This document shows positions 29,302 through 37,773 of a stretch of 64,000 nucleotides of DNA, piece after piece (position 1 is the first letter of the stretch; every line of letters starts with the position of its first letter). The position numbers were made by a program, and so were the translations under genes. This DNA comes from a virus. Location: IMG/VR virus record IMGVR_UViG_3300027969_000060, positions 1-64,000 of that record; one strand, given 5' to 3'. The notes beneath the pieces were generated by a model. The model was given only the letters and a program-made list of their open reading frames with translations. It made no database searches and had not been told where the DNA came from.

Positions 29302-30303
29302 ATGACCCAACGAGCAAAAGCATTTTTTATCAACGGTGGCGCTGGCAGAGTAGTATGTTCAATCCCTGCACTTGAAAAGTATGCTGAAGAACACGGCAAC
29401 GATTTTATCATTGTTTGCGAAGGCCCAACAGATTTTTATAAGGGTCATCCAATTTTACACGAACGAGCCTACGACCATTGGCACAAAAACCTCTTTGAAG
29501 ACAAGCTAATTAATATGGATTTAGTCAGTCCAGAACCATACAGAGTTTGGGAATACTACAATCAAAAATGTTCAATTGCACAGGCATATGATATTGCAAT
29601 TAATAATAAAGGTATAAGAGACTTACCAAAGCCAACTATGAAACTTTCCAACGAAGAAATGTTTACTGGTTTTAATGTACTGGCTGAAGTTAAAGAAAAG
29701 ACCAAGAAAGATAAAGTAATAGTGTTCCAGCCGTTTGGTCGGGGCGTACAGTCACAAAACAATGTTATTTTTGATCCGTCTGCTCGCAGTTTTGAAGGTC
29801 AAAGTGTTATTAATATTGTTAAAGAACTACAGAAAAAATATGCTGTGATTCTTATGAGTGAACTGGGCATTGATTTCCAAAAACATGGATGTAAAGATCC
29901 CGTAGCACATCCTCAAGGTATTAATTTGCGCCAGTGGGCTGGGGTTATTGCCAATGCAGATTACTTCTTAGGTTGTGATTCTGTGGGGCAACACCTAGCA
30001 TACGCACTAGATAAGCCTGCTACAATTGTAGTAGGATCTACGTTTGCAATTAATGTGTCATTTCCAGATTACGAAAAGTTTGATGTATTAGATATGGGTG
30101 GTAGTATTCGTCGATACAGTCCAATACGTATTACCATGGACGAAGTTGCAGATCGAGGTAACGACGGTATTATGTTAATGAATGACAAAGTCGAAGAAGC
30201 TATTGTAAAATCAGTAGTTGACGGCGTTAAAAAGTTTAATAATACTAATAAGGCTCAACCAATAACAGCTACTACCCCTGCGGCTCCTGCTTGCGGACAC
30301 TAA
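29302..30303 (+). CDS. Glycosyltransferase, GT9 (heptosyltransferase)-like GT-B fold
   Basis: N-terminal GGAGRVVCSIPAL, central VFQPFG, C-terminal LRQWAGVIANADYFLGCDSVGQHLAYALDKP (GT9 signature DSxxxHLAxALxxP). Confidence 0.75.
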   Translation: MTQRAKAFFINGGAGRVVCSIPALEKYAEEHGNDFIIVCEGPTDFYKGHPILHERAYDHWHKNLFEDKLINMDLVSPEPYRVWEYYNQKCSIAQAYDIAINNKGIRDLPKPTMKLSNEEMFTGFNVLAEVKEKTKKDKVIVFQPFGRGVQSQNNVIFDPSARSFEGQSVINIVKELQKKYAVILMSELGIDFQKHGCKDPVAHPQGINLRQWAGVIANADYFLGCDSVGQHLAYALDKPATIVVGSTFAINVSFPDYEKFDVLDMGGSIRRYSPIRITMDEVADRGNDGIMLMNDKVEEAIVKSVVDGVKKFNNTNKAQPITATTPAAPACGH

Positions 30304-30304
30304 T

Positions 30305-31225
30305 ATGGCCAAACGGGTATTTGTTTTTGGTTGTAGTTATACATGTTATAGTTGGCCAACTTGGGCTAACATGCTGGAACTTGAATATGGTCACATTGAA
30401 AACTGGGGACTACCTGGGCTTGGCAATCGTGCTATTGCCGAACGACTTGCAGAATGTCATGCTAAAAATACATTTACTGCCGATGACCTAGTTATTGTAC
30501 AATGGTCTGGTCATTTACGAAATGATTGGTGGCATCAAGAACCAGTATTAAATCGTACACGAGGGTGGAAAACCTATGGTAGTATTTTTAACTATCATAA
30601 TGATAAACTCTATGATAAAAAATGGATCGACACCTTTTTTTACGAACCTGCATTTTTAATGCATACACTTAACAATATTGTGTTATCTCAGGCATTGTTA
30701 AAATCTACAGGTTGCCAATGGTACATGACCAGCATGAGTGATATTCGTAATATGGGTTCAGATATGCGAGTTAATACTACATACGGAGAGCGCAGTCCTC
30801 TTATTGATAAGCACAAATCTCAAGGTTCATACACTGCATGGGAAATGGTACCCACTCTTAAAATATATGACAAATCGATATGGCAAGATCACAAAGATCA
30901 CTGGTTAATGCCTTTAGAACTATTCTGTCAATCACATGTTGAATTAACTTTTGACTTTTTAGATAAAACAAATGTCCATTTCCTTGATATACACCCCAGT
31001 GTCGCCCAACATAGATTATGGTTAGAGCAAGAATTAGGTAGCAAATTAGGTATAAAAGATGTTACACTAGCACTAGCACAAGACTTAGTAGATGGTATTA
31101 ATATAGTACATAAAAAATTTAAGTATGATAAGTCAGCATTTGAATATGCATTAGCAAGAAAACAGGGATTCCCTCAAGCGGCAATTGATAAAATGAATTG
31201 GCCAGGAAGCCCGTTAGGATTTTAA
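30305..31225 (+). CDS. SGNH/GDSL-like hydrolase or acyltransferase
   Basis: Block I FGCSYT, block II NWGLPGLGN, DLVIVQWS, and C-terminal DIHP. Confidence 0.6.
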   Translation: MAKRVFVFGCSYTCYSWPTWANMLELEYGHIENWGLPGLGNRAIAERLAECHAKNTFTADDLVIVQWSGHLRNDWWHQEPVLNRTRGWKTYGSIFNYHNDKLYDKKWIDTFFYEPAFLMHTLNNIVLSQALLKSTGCQWYMTSMSDIRNMGSDMRVNTTYGERSPLIDKHKSQGSYTAWEMVPTLKIYDKSIWQDHKDHWLMPLELFCQSHVELTFDFLDKTNVHFLDIHPSVAQHRLWLEQELGSKLGIKDVTLALAQDLVDGINIVHKKFKYDKSAFEYALARKQGFPQAAIDKMNWPGSPLGF

Positions 31226-31234
31226 AGGATAAAC

Positions 31235-33043
31235 ATGAAAGAACTTAGAAAAGATATATGGATTGCAGGTATTACCCGTGGGCATAATAGTAGTGTATGC
31301 TTGTTAAAAAACGGTGAAATCATTTTTAGTATAGAAGAAGAGCGCCTATCTAGAGCGAAGTATGACGGTGGGCCATATGCCGCTATGCTTAAAATTCTTG
31401 AATATACTGATAAGTTAGACTATATTGCTATTGCACATACACAGTCTTTATCAGAAACTGCTGGTAAAGTTGATTTTTCAGGCGAAGATGTCTATACCGG
31501 ACTTGCAAGAAAATTAGGATTAATTAGTCGGAAAGAAAATCCATTTAAACATCCACAAGTTATTGACATGAGTTCAGTACATCATAAATTACATGCCGCA
31601 TGTGCATTTTATCGCAGTGGATTTAAAGAAGCAGTGGGTGTTATTGTTGACGGCGCTGGTACATTTGTACCATTGCAAATTAGCAATGATGATCACCAGT
31701 GGACTGGATGGGAAACTGAATCAGTTTTCGATTGTCAATATCCAGCATGGTTTAAGACTGTTTATAAGCATATTGGCACACGTGGGCCACATCCTGGTGT
31801 TCTTGCTACAGAATTTGATAGTAGCATTTACCAAGAACCGGGACAAACGCACGAAGCATTAGTAACTGATCGTGCTGGTATTACTAAAGTATACGAAGCG
31901 GTAACACAATACTGCGGGTGGGCGCCAATCGAAGCTGGCAAAACTATGGGACTATTTCCATACGGTGGCCCTAACGACGCTATTCCGCCACTATTTGACG
32001 AGACAACAATTGCTCCATTGCCAAATAGAAATATAATTATTCCTACTTACCCTAATGGCGCGGTAGTTAACATTGGATTATATGATGCTCTTAAAGATTA
32101 CGGTGATGGCGGTGATGTAACACTACTACAAAATCGTAGAGATTTAGCATATGCTTGCCAAACTCAAACCCAAGCTCAAGTTGTAAAGTTAATTCGTAAA
32201 GCAGTTGCAATGACTGGACAAAAGAATGTTGTTATTAGCGGTGGCTATGGTTTAAATTGTGTTGCTAACTATCATTATTTAGAAGCATTAAAGGATGACG
32301 GTATTAACATTTATGTCGAGCCAATTAGTAACGATGCTGGCACTGCTATCGGCGCCGCTATTATGATGTATAAGAATTTAGTTCCAGCAGGTGACATTGA
32401 TTATACTAAAAATAGACTATATTTAGGATTTCAATATAATTATACCGATGCATATTTACAAAAATATGTTGAGTCGCACGGTGTTGAGATCACAGATGCA
32501 ACACACGAAGACGTAGTTGAATTATTATTGAATAAAAACATTGTTAGTATGTTCCAAGGTCGTAGTGAAAACGGGCCACGTGCATTAGGTAATCGTAGTA
32601 TATTGTTTAATCCCACGTATATTGACGGCAAGGATTTTGTAAACCAAGTTAAAAATAGAGAATATTTCCGACCGTTTGCAGGTTCTATTATGCAGGATCA
32701 TGTGCATGAATGGTTTGATTTACGAGGTATGGAAGATAGTCCTTATATGATGTATGCTGTTAACTGCCAACCTGGCATCGAAGAAAAGATTCCTGCTATT
32801 ATTCACATAGATGGAACTTGTCGTATTCAAACAGTTACAGAAGAACAGAACAAACACTATTATGATTTGATCAAAGTATTCCATAGTCGTACAGGAGTAC
32901 CTATCTTGTTTAATACCAGCTTTAACCTAGGTGGTGATCCGTTAGTAGAAACATTAGATGATGCAATTGATACATTATCTAGATGTAACATTGAATATTT
33001 GTATTTGCCAGAATACAGTAAATTAATTAAAGTAGCTAACTAA
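31235..33043 (+). CDS. O-carbamoyltransferase (NodU/CmcH/TobZ family)
   Basis: EEERLSRAK, HHKLHA, DGAG, AGKTMGL, SGGYGLNCVAN, DAGTAIGAA, GPRALGNRS, REYFRPFA, DGTCRIQTV and NTSFN motifs. Confidence 0.95.
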   Translation: MKELRKDIWIAGITRGHNSSVCLLKNGEIIFSIEEERLSRAKYDGGPYAAMLKILEYTDKLDYIAIAHTQSLSETAGKVDFSGEDVYTGLARKLGLISRKENPFKHPQVIDMSSVHHKLHAACAFYRSGFKEAVGVIVDGAGTFVPLQISNDDHQWTGWETESVFDCQYPAWFKTVYKHIGTRGPHPGVLATEFDSSIYQEPGQTHEALVTDRAGITKVYEAVTQYCGWAPIEAGKTMGLFPYGGPNDAIPPLFDETTIAPLPNRNIIIPTYPNGAVVNIGLYDALKDYGDGGDVTLLQNRRDLAYACQTQTQAQVVKLIRKAVAMTGQKNVVISGGYGLNCVANYHYLEALKDDGINIYVEPISNDAGTAIGAAIMMYKNLVPAGDIDYTKNRLYLGFQYNYTDAYLQKYVESHGVEITDATHEDVVELLLNKNIVSMFQGRSENGPRALGNRSILFNPTYIDGKDFVNQVKNREYFRPFAGSIMQDHVHEWFDLRGMEDSPYMMYAVNCQPGIEEKIPAIIHIDGTCRIQTVTEEQNKHYYDLIKVFHSRTGVPILFNTSFNLGGDPLVETLDDAIDTLSRCNIEYLYLPEYSKLIKVAN

Positions 33044-33044
33044 C

Positions 33045-33070
33045 AAAAAAGCACCCTAGGGTGCTTTTTT
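33045..33070. terminator. Bidirectional intrinsic terminator between convergent operons
   Basis: AAAAAAGCACCCTAGGGTGCTTTTTT is a perfect palindrome with A/T tails. Confidence 0.92.
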
Positions 33071-33077
33071 ATTGTAC

Positions 33078-34082
33078 TTAGAATACATTTCCATCAATGT
33101 GGGCTAATGGATTTCCCAACGGCTTAGTAGGATCTGCTGGATCAAAGTCTGGGTGACCGTTTGTACCATCTACTCCGCCTGTACCGTCTGGTGCTGTATA
33201 TGCCCCAATCTTGTGTGGTTCGGTTCCCGGACACGGACTAAATGCCACTTCATCGTTGTAACCTGCTGTAGGTGCTAATACTAACGGCTTATCTAATTCA
33301 ACAACTTTATTAACTGGGTCTACACTAACTACACGAGTATGATCACTGAAAATATCAGTAGTAGGCCAACCACGAACACCAATATCGTCACCAATATTAA
33401 TACTAGCAGTGCTAACTACTTTAATTGAAGTTTGCCCTGGAGTATTAAGCGGTGCGGATGCAGACAAATCTAAAAAAGTATGCACATTAGATGCGCCGTG
33501 AATTTGCGGCATATCACGTAACAGTTGACGATGCTCTTCCCAAGGCTCTCTAACCCTAGCAGGTACGTATTCGTGTACTTTATCATCAGATATCATTAAC
33601 AAATTATTACGCCACAATCTTAGACGATCCCAATCTGAGTGATTACCCTTCCACGGAAAAGTAGATACACTTGGAGGAACACCGTCTGGTGTAAACTCAA
33701 TGTCCTGAATATCGTGGGTGTGATCTGGTGGTGGATGCAACGGACGTTTGTATGTTAATCCGTCTGGTAATAATTCCTCATGCTGATCTAAATCTGCATA
33801 ATCTGGTTTTTCAATTTCGCAATGTGCTAAAGCGCATAGCAATGGATTTTCTTCGCAATTGACATGTACGTGATACTCATCAAGTGCAACCGGAATGTTA
33901 TCCTTATCATGATCGTGTGTTAAAAATTTACCAGCATACTTGTTTGTCTCTGATTTTACAACTAGACACACTTCGTCTGGACCAATATAAGTCCATTCTG
34001 CTGTCTTACCTAATGTTCTTTCTTGACTTAGATAATCATCGGGTAAGTTATATGTAAAAACTTTAGTAATAATATTTGCCAT
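33078..34082 (-). CDS. Tail fibre assembly chaperone-like protein with an extra C-terminal module
   Basis: WDRLRLWRNNLLMISD...WEEHRQLLRDMP (phage tail assembly chaperone motif); paralogue of 35607..36290. Confidence 0.7.
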   Translation of the reverse strand: MANIITKVFTYNLPDDYLSQERTLGKTAEWTYIGPDEVCLVVKSETNKYAGKFLTHDHDKDNIPVALDEYHVHVNCEENPLLCALAHCEIEKPDYADLDQHEELLPDGLTYKRPLHPPPDHTHDIQDIEFTPDGVPPSVSTFPWKGNHSDWDRLRLWRNNLLMISDDKVHEYVPARVREPWEEHRQLLRDMPQIHGASNVHTFLDLSASAPLNTPGQTSIKVVSTASINIGDDIGVRGWPTTDIFSDHTRVVSVDPVNKVVELDKPLVLAPTAGYNDEVAFSPCPGTEPHKIGAYTAPDGTGGVDGTNGHPDFDPADPTKPLGNPLAHIDGNVF

Positions 34083-34088
34083 TTTAAA

Positions 34089-34841
34089 TTATCCGTATGT
34101 TACTGAAACAAATCCGTTTGCGCCAATTGCACTATAACAGCAAACGTTTGCCGATGCAACTGCACTTGGGCCGCCGCCGCCCGGAATCATAGTACAACCC
34201 CAACTTTGTCCGCCACCCCACTGGCAACCATGTCCTGTGACACTAGGGCCTGAAGCAGTTGCTGGGGCATATGGCGCTTGGCCTGCCGCATGCATTCCGC
34301 AGTATTGTGTTAGTTTAGCAGATCCTTGATATCCGGGAATATTTAAATCTCCACCGTTAGCACAAGAACAACAATATTGAATTCTACAACCAGTATAGCA
34401 ACTCCAATATCTCCAGCAATCTGTACAACCCTGGCCGCCGCCTGCGGCACAGAAGTTACTTAATCCGTAACCATTTACATATGATGTAAATCCACTACAA
34501 CCAGCAGTTGATTGTGAACAACCGCTTGAACTACCGGCACAGATTGTATATTGACATCCCGCTAGAGTGCCGGTAGTAGCATAAACTGTTTTTATTGAGT
34601 ATGCGCCTGCACCACCACCAAAGCCCGTAGTACAACAACAGCTATTACCACCTGATCCGCCGCCACCCCACATTTCAAATGTAACAAAAGTTGTTCCTGC
34701 TGGAACAGTCCATAGACAGCATTTTCCGCCATTTAATGCGTTAATACTGGCGCATTCATTATAAACAATAAATTCTTGAGGGAAATTTGTACTAGTTACC
34801 GTAGCAGTTACCGTATACAGTAGTGATCTTAAATTTGACAT
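34089..34841 (-). CDS. Cys/Gly-rich adhesin-like protein, paralogue 3
   Basis: GGKCCLWTVP...FEMWGGGG...CCC...PGGGG; about 23 Cys in 250 aa. Confidence 0.65.
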   Translation of the reverse strand: MSNLRSLLYTVTATVTSTNFPQEFIVYNECASINALNGGKCCLWTVPAGTTFVTFEMWGGGGSGGNSCCCTTGFGGGAGAYSIKTVYATTGTLAGCQYTICAGSSSGCSQSTAGCSGFTSYVNGYGLSNFCAAGGGQGCTDCWRYWSCYTGCRIQYCCSCANGGDLNIPGYQGSAKLTQYCGMHAAGQAPYAPATASGPSVTGHGCQWGGGQSWGCTMIPGGGGPSAVASANVCCYSAIGANGFVSVTYG

Positions 34842-34850
34842 TCTTTATCC

Positions 34851-35603
34851 TTATTTGTATGTGATAATTACAAGTCCGCCAGCACCAAGACTGCCATACT
34901 GGCATGATCCGTCGTGGGTGTTAGCTGTTCCGCCACCACCACCTGGGAACGATCCGCAACCGTTCATAAATGTTCCGCAAGCAATACGACAATGATCTTG
35001 TGATACACGTAGTCCGCCACCAATATATGTTGGTTCAGGAGTATAATGGAACGCTGAAAAACCACAACTTGTGTTATGTGCGGCACCGGTAGGGCCGCAA
35101 AGAGCAAAATCATGCCCGCAAGCACAGCCGCAAATACAACTGATACAGTGATAACATCCGTTGTTTGCTACAAAACACTGTGTAAATCCACCAGAGCCGC
35201 CTTGCGCACACAAGCATAGTGGATATGTTGCACTTGGGTTACACGCATATGAATCAAAACCTTTGGCTCCTCGACAATCAGGAGTACAATTTGTAGTACC
35301 CGCGGCACATATAGTATATGATTGTCCAGGTACTACTCGAATAGTTTTACGAGCATATGTTCCGGCACCACCACCCATTTGTGCATGTTGGCAACAACAT
35401 GCACCACCACCACCACCACCACCACCCCAGAGTTCAAATTTTGCCCAAGTAGCGTTTGCTGGAACTACCCATAGGCAACATTTGCCGCCGTTTGACGGCG
35501 TTGCATTGTCAGCAGGATAGACATAAACAACGTTATACGGATTGTTGACTGTTACGCTTTGTAGAAATCTTGAGTCAGGAAATAAATCTCTTAAATTTGA
35601 CAT
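34851..35603 (-). CDS. Cys/Gly-rich adhesin-like protein, paralogue 2
   Basis: GGKCCLWVVP...FELWGGGGGGGGACCC...FPGGGGG...GAGGLVIITY. Confidence 0.65.
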   Translation of the reverse strand: MSNLRDLFPDSRFLQSVTVNNPYNVVYVYPADNATPSNGGKCCLWVVPANATWAKFELWGGGGGGGGACCCQHAQMGGGAGTYARKTIRVVPGQSYTICAAGTTNCTPDCRGAKGFDSYACNPSATYPLCLCAQGGSGGFTQCFVANNGCYHCISCICGCACGHDFALCGPTGAAHNTSCGFSAFHYTPEPTYIGGGLRVSQDHCRIACGTFMNGCGSFPGGGGGTANTHDGSCQYGSLGAGGLVIITYK

Positions 35604-35606
35604 CGA

Positions 35607-36290
35607 TTATACCCCCGGTTGATTAATCGGTGGATCAGTTGGAGGTAATTCTTCTCTTTCAGGATCTGACGGAAACGGAACCTTCCACGGATCAACGCCG
35701 GCAAATACAGCAGGGATATCTCTTAATATTTGACGATATTCTTCCCACATTGCAATTTTATCGGGCATGGCTTTTTGAATTCTAGTATCAGTAGTTGATA
35801 GCAATTGATTACGCCACTTAATTAAATCATCCCACGTAGTATGCGGTTTTTTCCAGCAATCTGGATATGTAAATTCAAATTCTGCTGTTTCTTCGTTCCA
35901 CTTAATTTCGTTGAGTTCATAAGTATGATCAGGTGCTTGTGGATCAGGAGTACTGTATGTGCTACCGTCTGGTAATATATCTACTTTCTGTGGAAGAGTA
36001 GCATAATTATGTTCGTTATGTATCATAGCTGAGATAAGTGGATTAACCTCTGCATCTACTAACACTTTAATTTGGCCAGCTGGTGTTGGTACATCTGCAC
36101 CATTGTCGCGTTCTGTATAGTGAAAGCGGCTGATAATTTTTTTAGTAGTTGCATCTGCAAATATCCACAAGTAACGCGGGCCTGAATAAGACCAAGTGCC
36201 CTTGCGTTGTAAATCATTTGTTAAATGTAAGTATTCATCTGGTAAATCGTACTCAAATGTTTTGTTTTCAATTCTTGTAATTTCTGGCAT
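35607..36290 (-). CDS. Tail fibre assembly chaperone-like protein
   Basis: TWDDLIKWRNQLLSTTD...WEEYRQILRDIP...FP. Confidence 0.72.
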   Translation of the reverse strand: MPEITRIENKTFEYDLPDEYLHLTNDLQRKGTWSYSGPRYLWIFADATTKKIISRFHYTERDNGADVPTPAGQIKVLVDAEVNPLISAMIHNEHNYATLPQKVDILPDGSTYSTPDPQAPDHTYELNEIKWNEETAEFEFTYPDCWKKPHTTWDDLIKWRNQLLSTTDTRIQKAMPDKIAMWEEYRQILRDIPAVFAGVDPWKVPFPSDPEREELPPTDPPINQPGV

Positions 36291-36303
36291 TTTTTTTACC
36301 CTT

Positions 36304-37074
36304 TTAACCGTATGTTATTAAAACTAATCCGCCGGTGCCCCAGCCGCCCCAACAGCAAGGACCACCGCAGGCTTGGCCTGATGCGCCCGGGCCGCCTGGC
36401 CATGTTGTCATTTGTCCATGATAATAGTAACATCCTGATACTGTCATACCAACTCCACAAGAGTCAGCTCCGTGACGCATATTTGGAGTATATTTTAAAC
36501 CTGTTTGTGTATATGGAAGTGCCGCACTTGTACAGAAGTTGTTCTGCATGTCACCGTTGGATACACTTGGCAGTGCTAGGTCGTAGCCACCACCCTGACA
36601 TCCTTGCCAGCAACCTGGTACGCAAATACCTGTACATGCCTGACCGCCCATTCGATGACATACTGTACATCCGCCTGAGCCGCCACCGGCGCAAGACGAT
36701 GTTGCTAATGTACAGCAAAGTACAAAACTTGGGAATCCGCAACCACCGCAACACTGCTGACTACAGCATCCTGATCCAGCGGCACAAATAATAAAAAATG
36801 AATTAGCTGAATTTACTGCCAACGTTTTTTTAGCATATTGGCCTGTTCCAGGATTACGATACGGCCCCATACAGCAACATGCTCCGCCACCATCACCACC
36901 TGCTCCCCACATTTCAAACGTGGCCCAAGTGGTTCCTGAAGGAATTAACCAGCAACAGCATCTTCCGCCATCCTGCGCACTAGTACCTTCTCGTCCGTTA
37001 AACACAGCAAGTTGCTGTTGTTTATAACTAGAGCTAATTGGCGTAGTAAGTATTAAATCTCGTAATGTTGACAT
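36304..37074 (-). CDS. Cys/Gly-rich adhesin-like protein, paralogue 1
   Basis: GGRCCCWLIP...FEMWGAGGDGGGACCC...WPGGPG...GTGGLVLITYG. Confidence 0.65.
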   Translation of the reverse strand: MSTLRDLILTTPISSSYKQQQLAVFNGREGTSAQDGGRCCCWLIPSGTTWATFEMWGAGGDGGGACCCMGPYRNPGTGQYAKKTLAVNSANSFFIICAAGSGCCSQQCCGGCGFPSFVLCCTLATSSCAGGGSGGCTVCHRMGGQACTGICVPGCWQGCQGGGYDLALPSVSNGDMQNNFCTSAALPYTQTGLKYTPNMRHGADSCGVGMTVSGCYYYHGQMTTWPGGPGASGQACGGPCCWGGWGTGGLVLITYG

Positions 37075-37087
37075 TGTAACTCTCTTA

Positions 37088-37414
37088 TTATTTAATAATT
37101 AACCAACCCAATGCTGTTGAATACACTAATGTAGTTGTAGAGTTATTAACGTTGATTGTTAAATTCTCTGCTAATAGTTGAATATTAGCTGGCCCGTTCC
37201 TTGCAATAGTTATGTTGCTACCAGACGAATTGCCAAATGCGTCAATAACTTGCACCGTGTCGCCGTCGATACAGCTTGTACTAACGGGCAATGTAATTGT
37301 TTGGCCGCCAGCAGTGCATAGTATACGATCATTAACTATTGCTGTGTAAGCAGTACCAGCATTAATTCTAGTTACTGTGCCAGCAGTTCCTGTTGTTGTA
37401 ATATATCTTCCCAT
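37088..37414 (-). CDS. Small baseplate/fibre connector domain protein (T4 gp9/gp10-like motif)
   Basis: TITLP...GDTVQVID...NITIARNG...LVY...GW pattern; late promoter motif upstream. Confidence 0.55.
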   Translation of the reverse strand: MGRYITTTGTAGTVTRINAGTAYTAIVNDRILCTAGGQTITLPVSTSCIDGDTVQVIDAFGNSSGSNITIARNGPANIQLLAENLTINVNNSTTTLVYSTALGWLIIK

Positions 37415-37438
37415 TTCAATGTTCCTTTATCAGTGTAT

Positions 37439-37759
37439 TTATGCTGTTGGGGTCTCAATACCCATTGCTACTGCTGAACAGTTGGCTGTGCTGGTTTGCA
37501 CAACTATGTTTTTACCAGCATCTACTACTATACCTGTTCTTTCAAGTACACCTTTTGGTAGAATTTCAGTGTCGTATTCTAAATATTCGTCGTTAGCTGG
37601 AGTTGTTGTTGTAGATAGTGATACCCTACAAGTAACTGCCGAGTTAGATCTATTACAAATAGACACTGTTACCACTGCAAACGTTGTTGCAGGGCATGTG
37701 TATAGTGTAGCGTTTGTTGCTGCCGAAAGGTTTGCAGTACCTAATCTTCCTGTTGCCAT
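37439..37759 (-). CDS. ~106-aa small structural protein, family copy A
   Basis: LYTCP...VSICN...; similar to 52837..53166 and 62281..62601. Confidence 0.65.
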   Translation of the reverse strand: MATGRLGTANLSAATNATLYTCPATTFAVVTVSICNRSNSAVTCRVSLSTTTTPANDEYLEYDTEILPKGVLERTGIVVDAGKNIVVQTSTANCSAVAMGIETPTA

Positions 37760-37773
37760 AATTTATTTCTCCG

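Noticed and set aside
13818-29411. Longer starts given in the ORF track for 13818..14213, 15636..17258 and 28245..29411
   Set aside because: They run through promoter motifs or overlap neighbouring genes. The ATGs at 13878, 15696 and 29207 follow TAAATA motifs and give more plausible N-termini.
34089-37074. Diversity-generating retroelement or invertible shufflon acting on the Cys-rich paralogues
   Set aside because: No reverse transcriptase, recombinase, near-identical TR/VR pair or inverted crossover sites were seen. The paralogues are diverged throughout.
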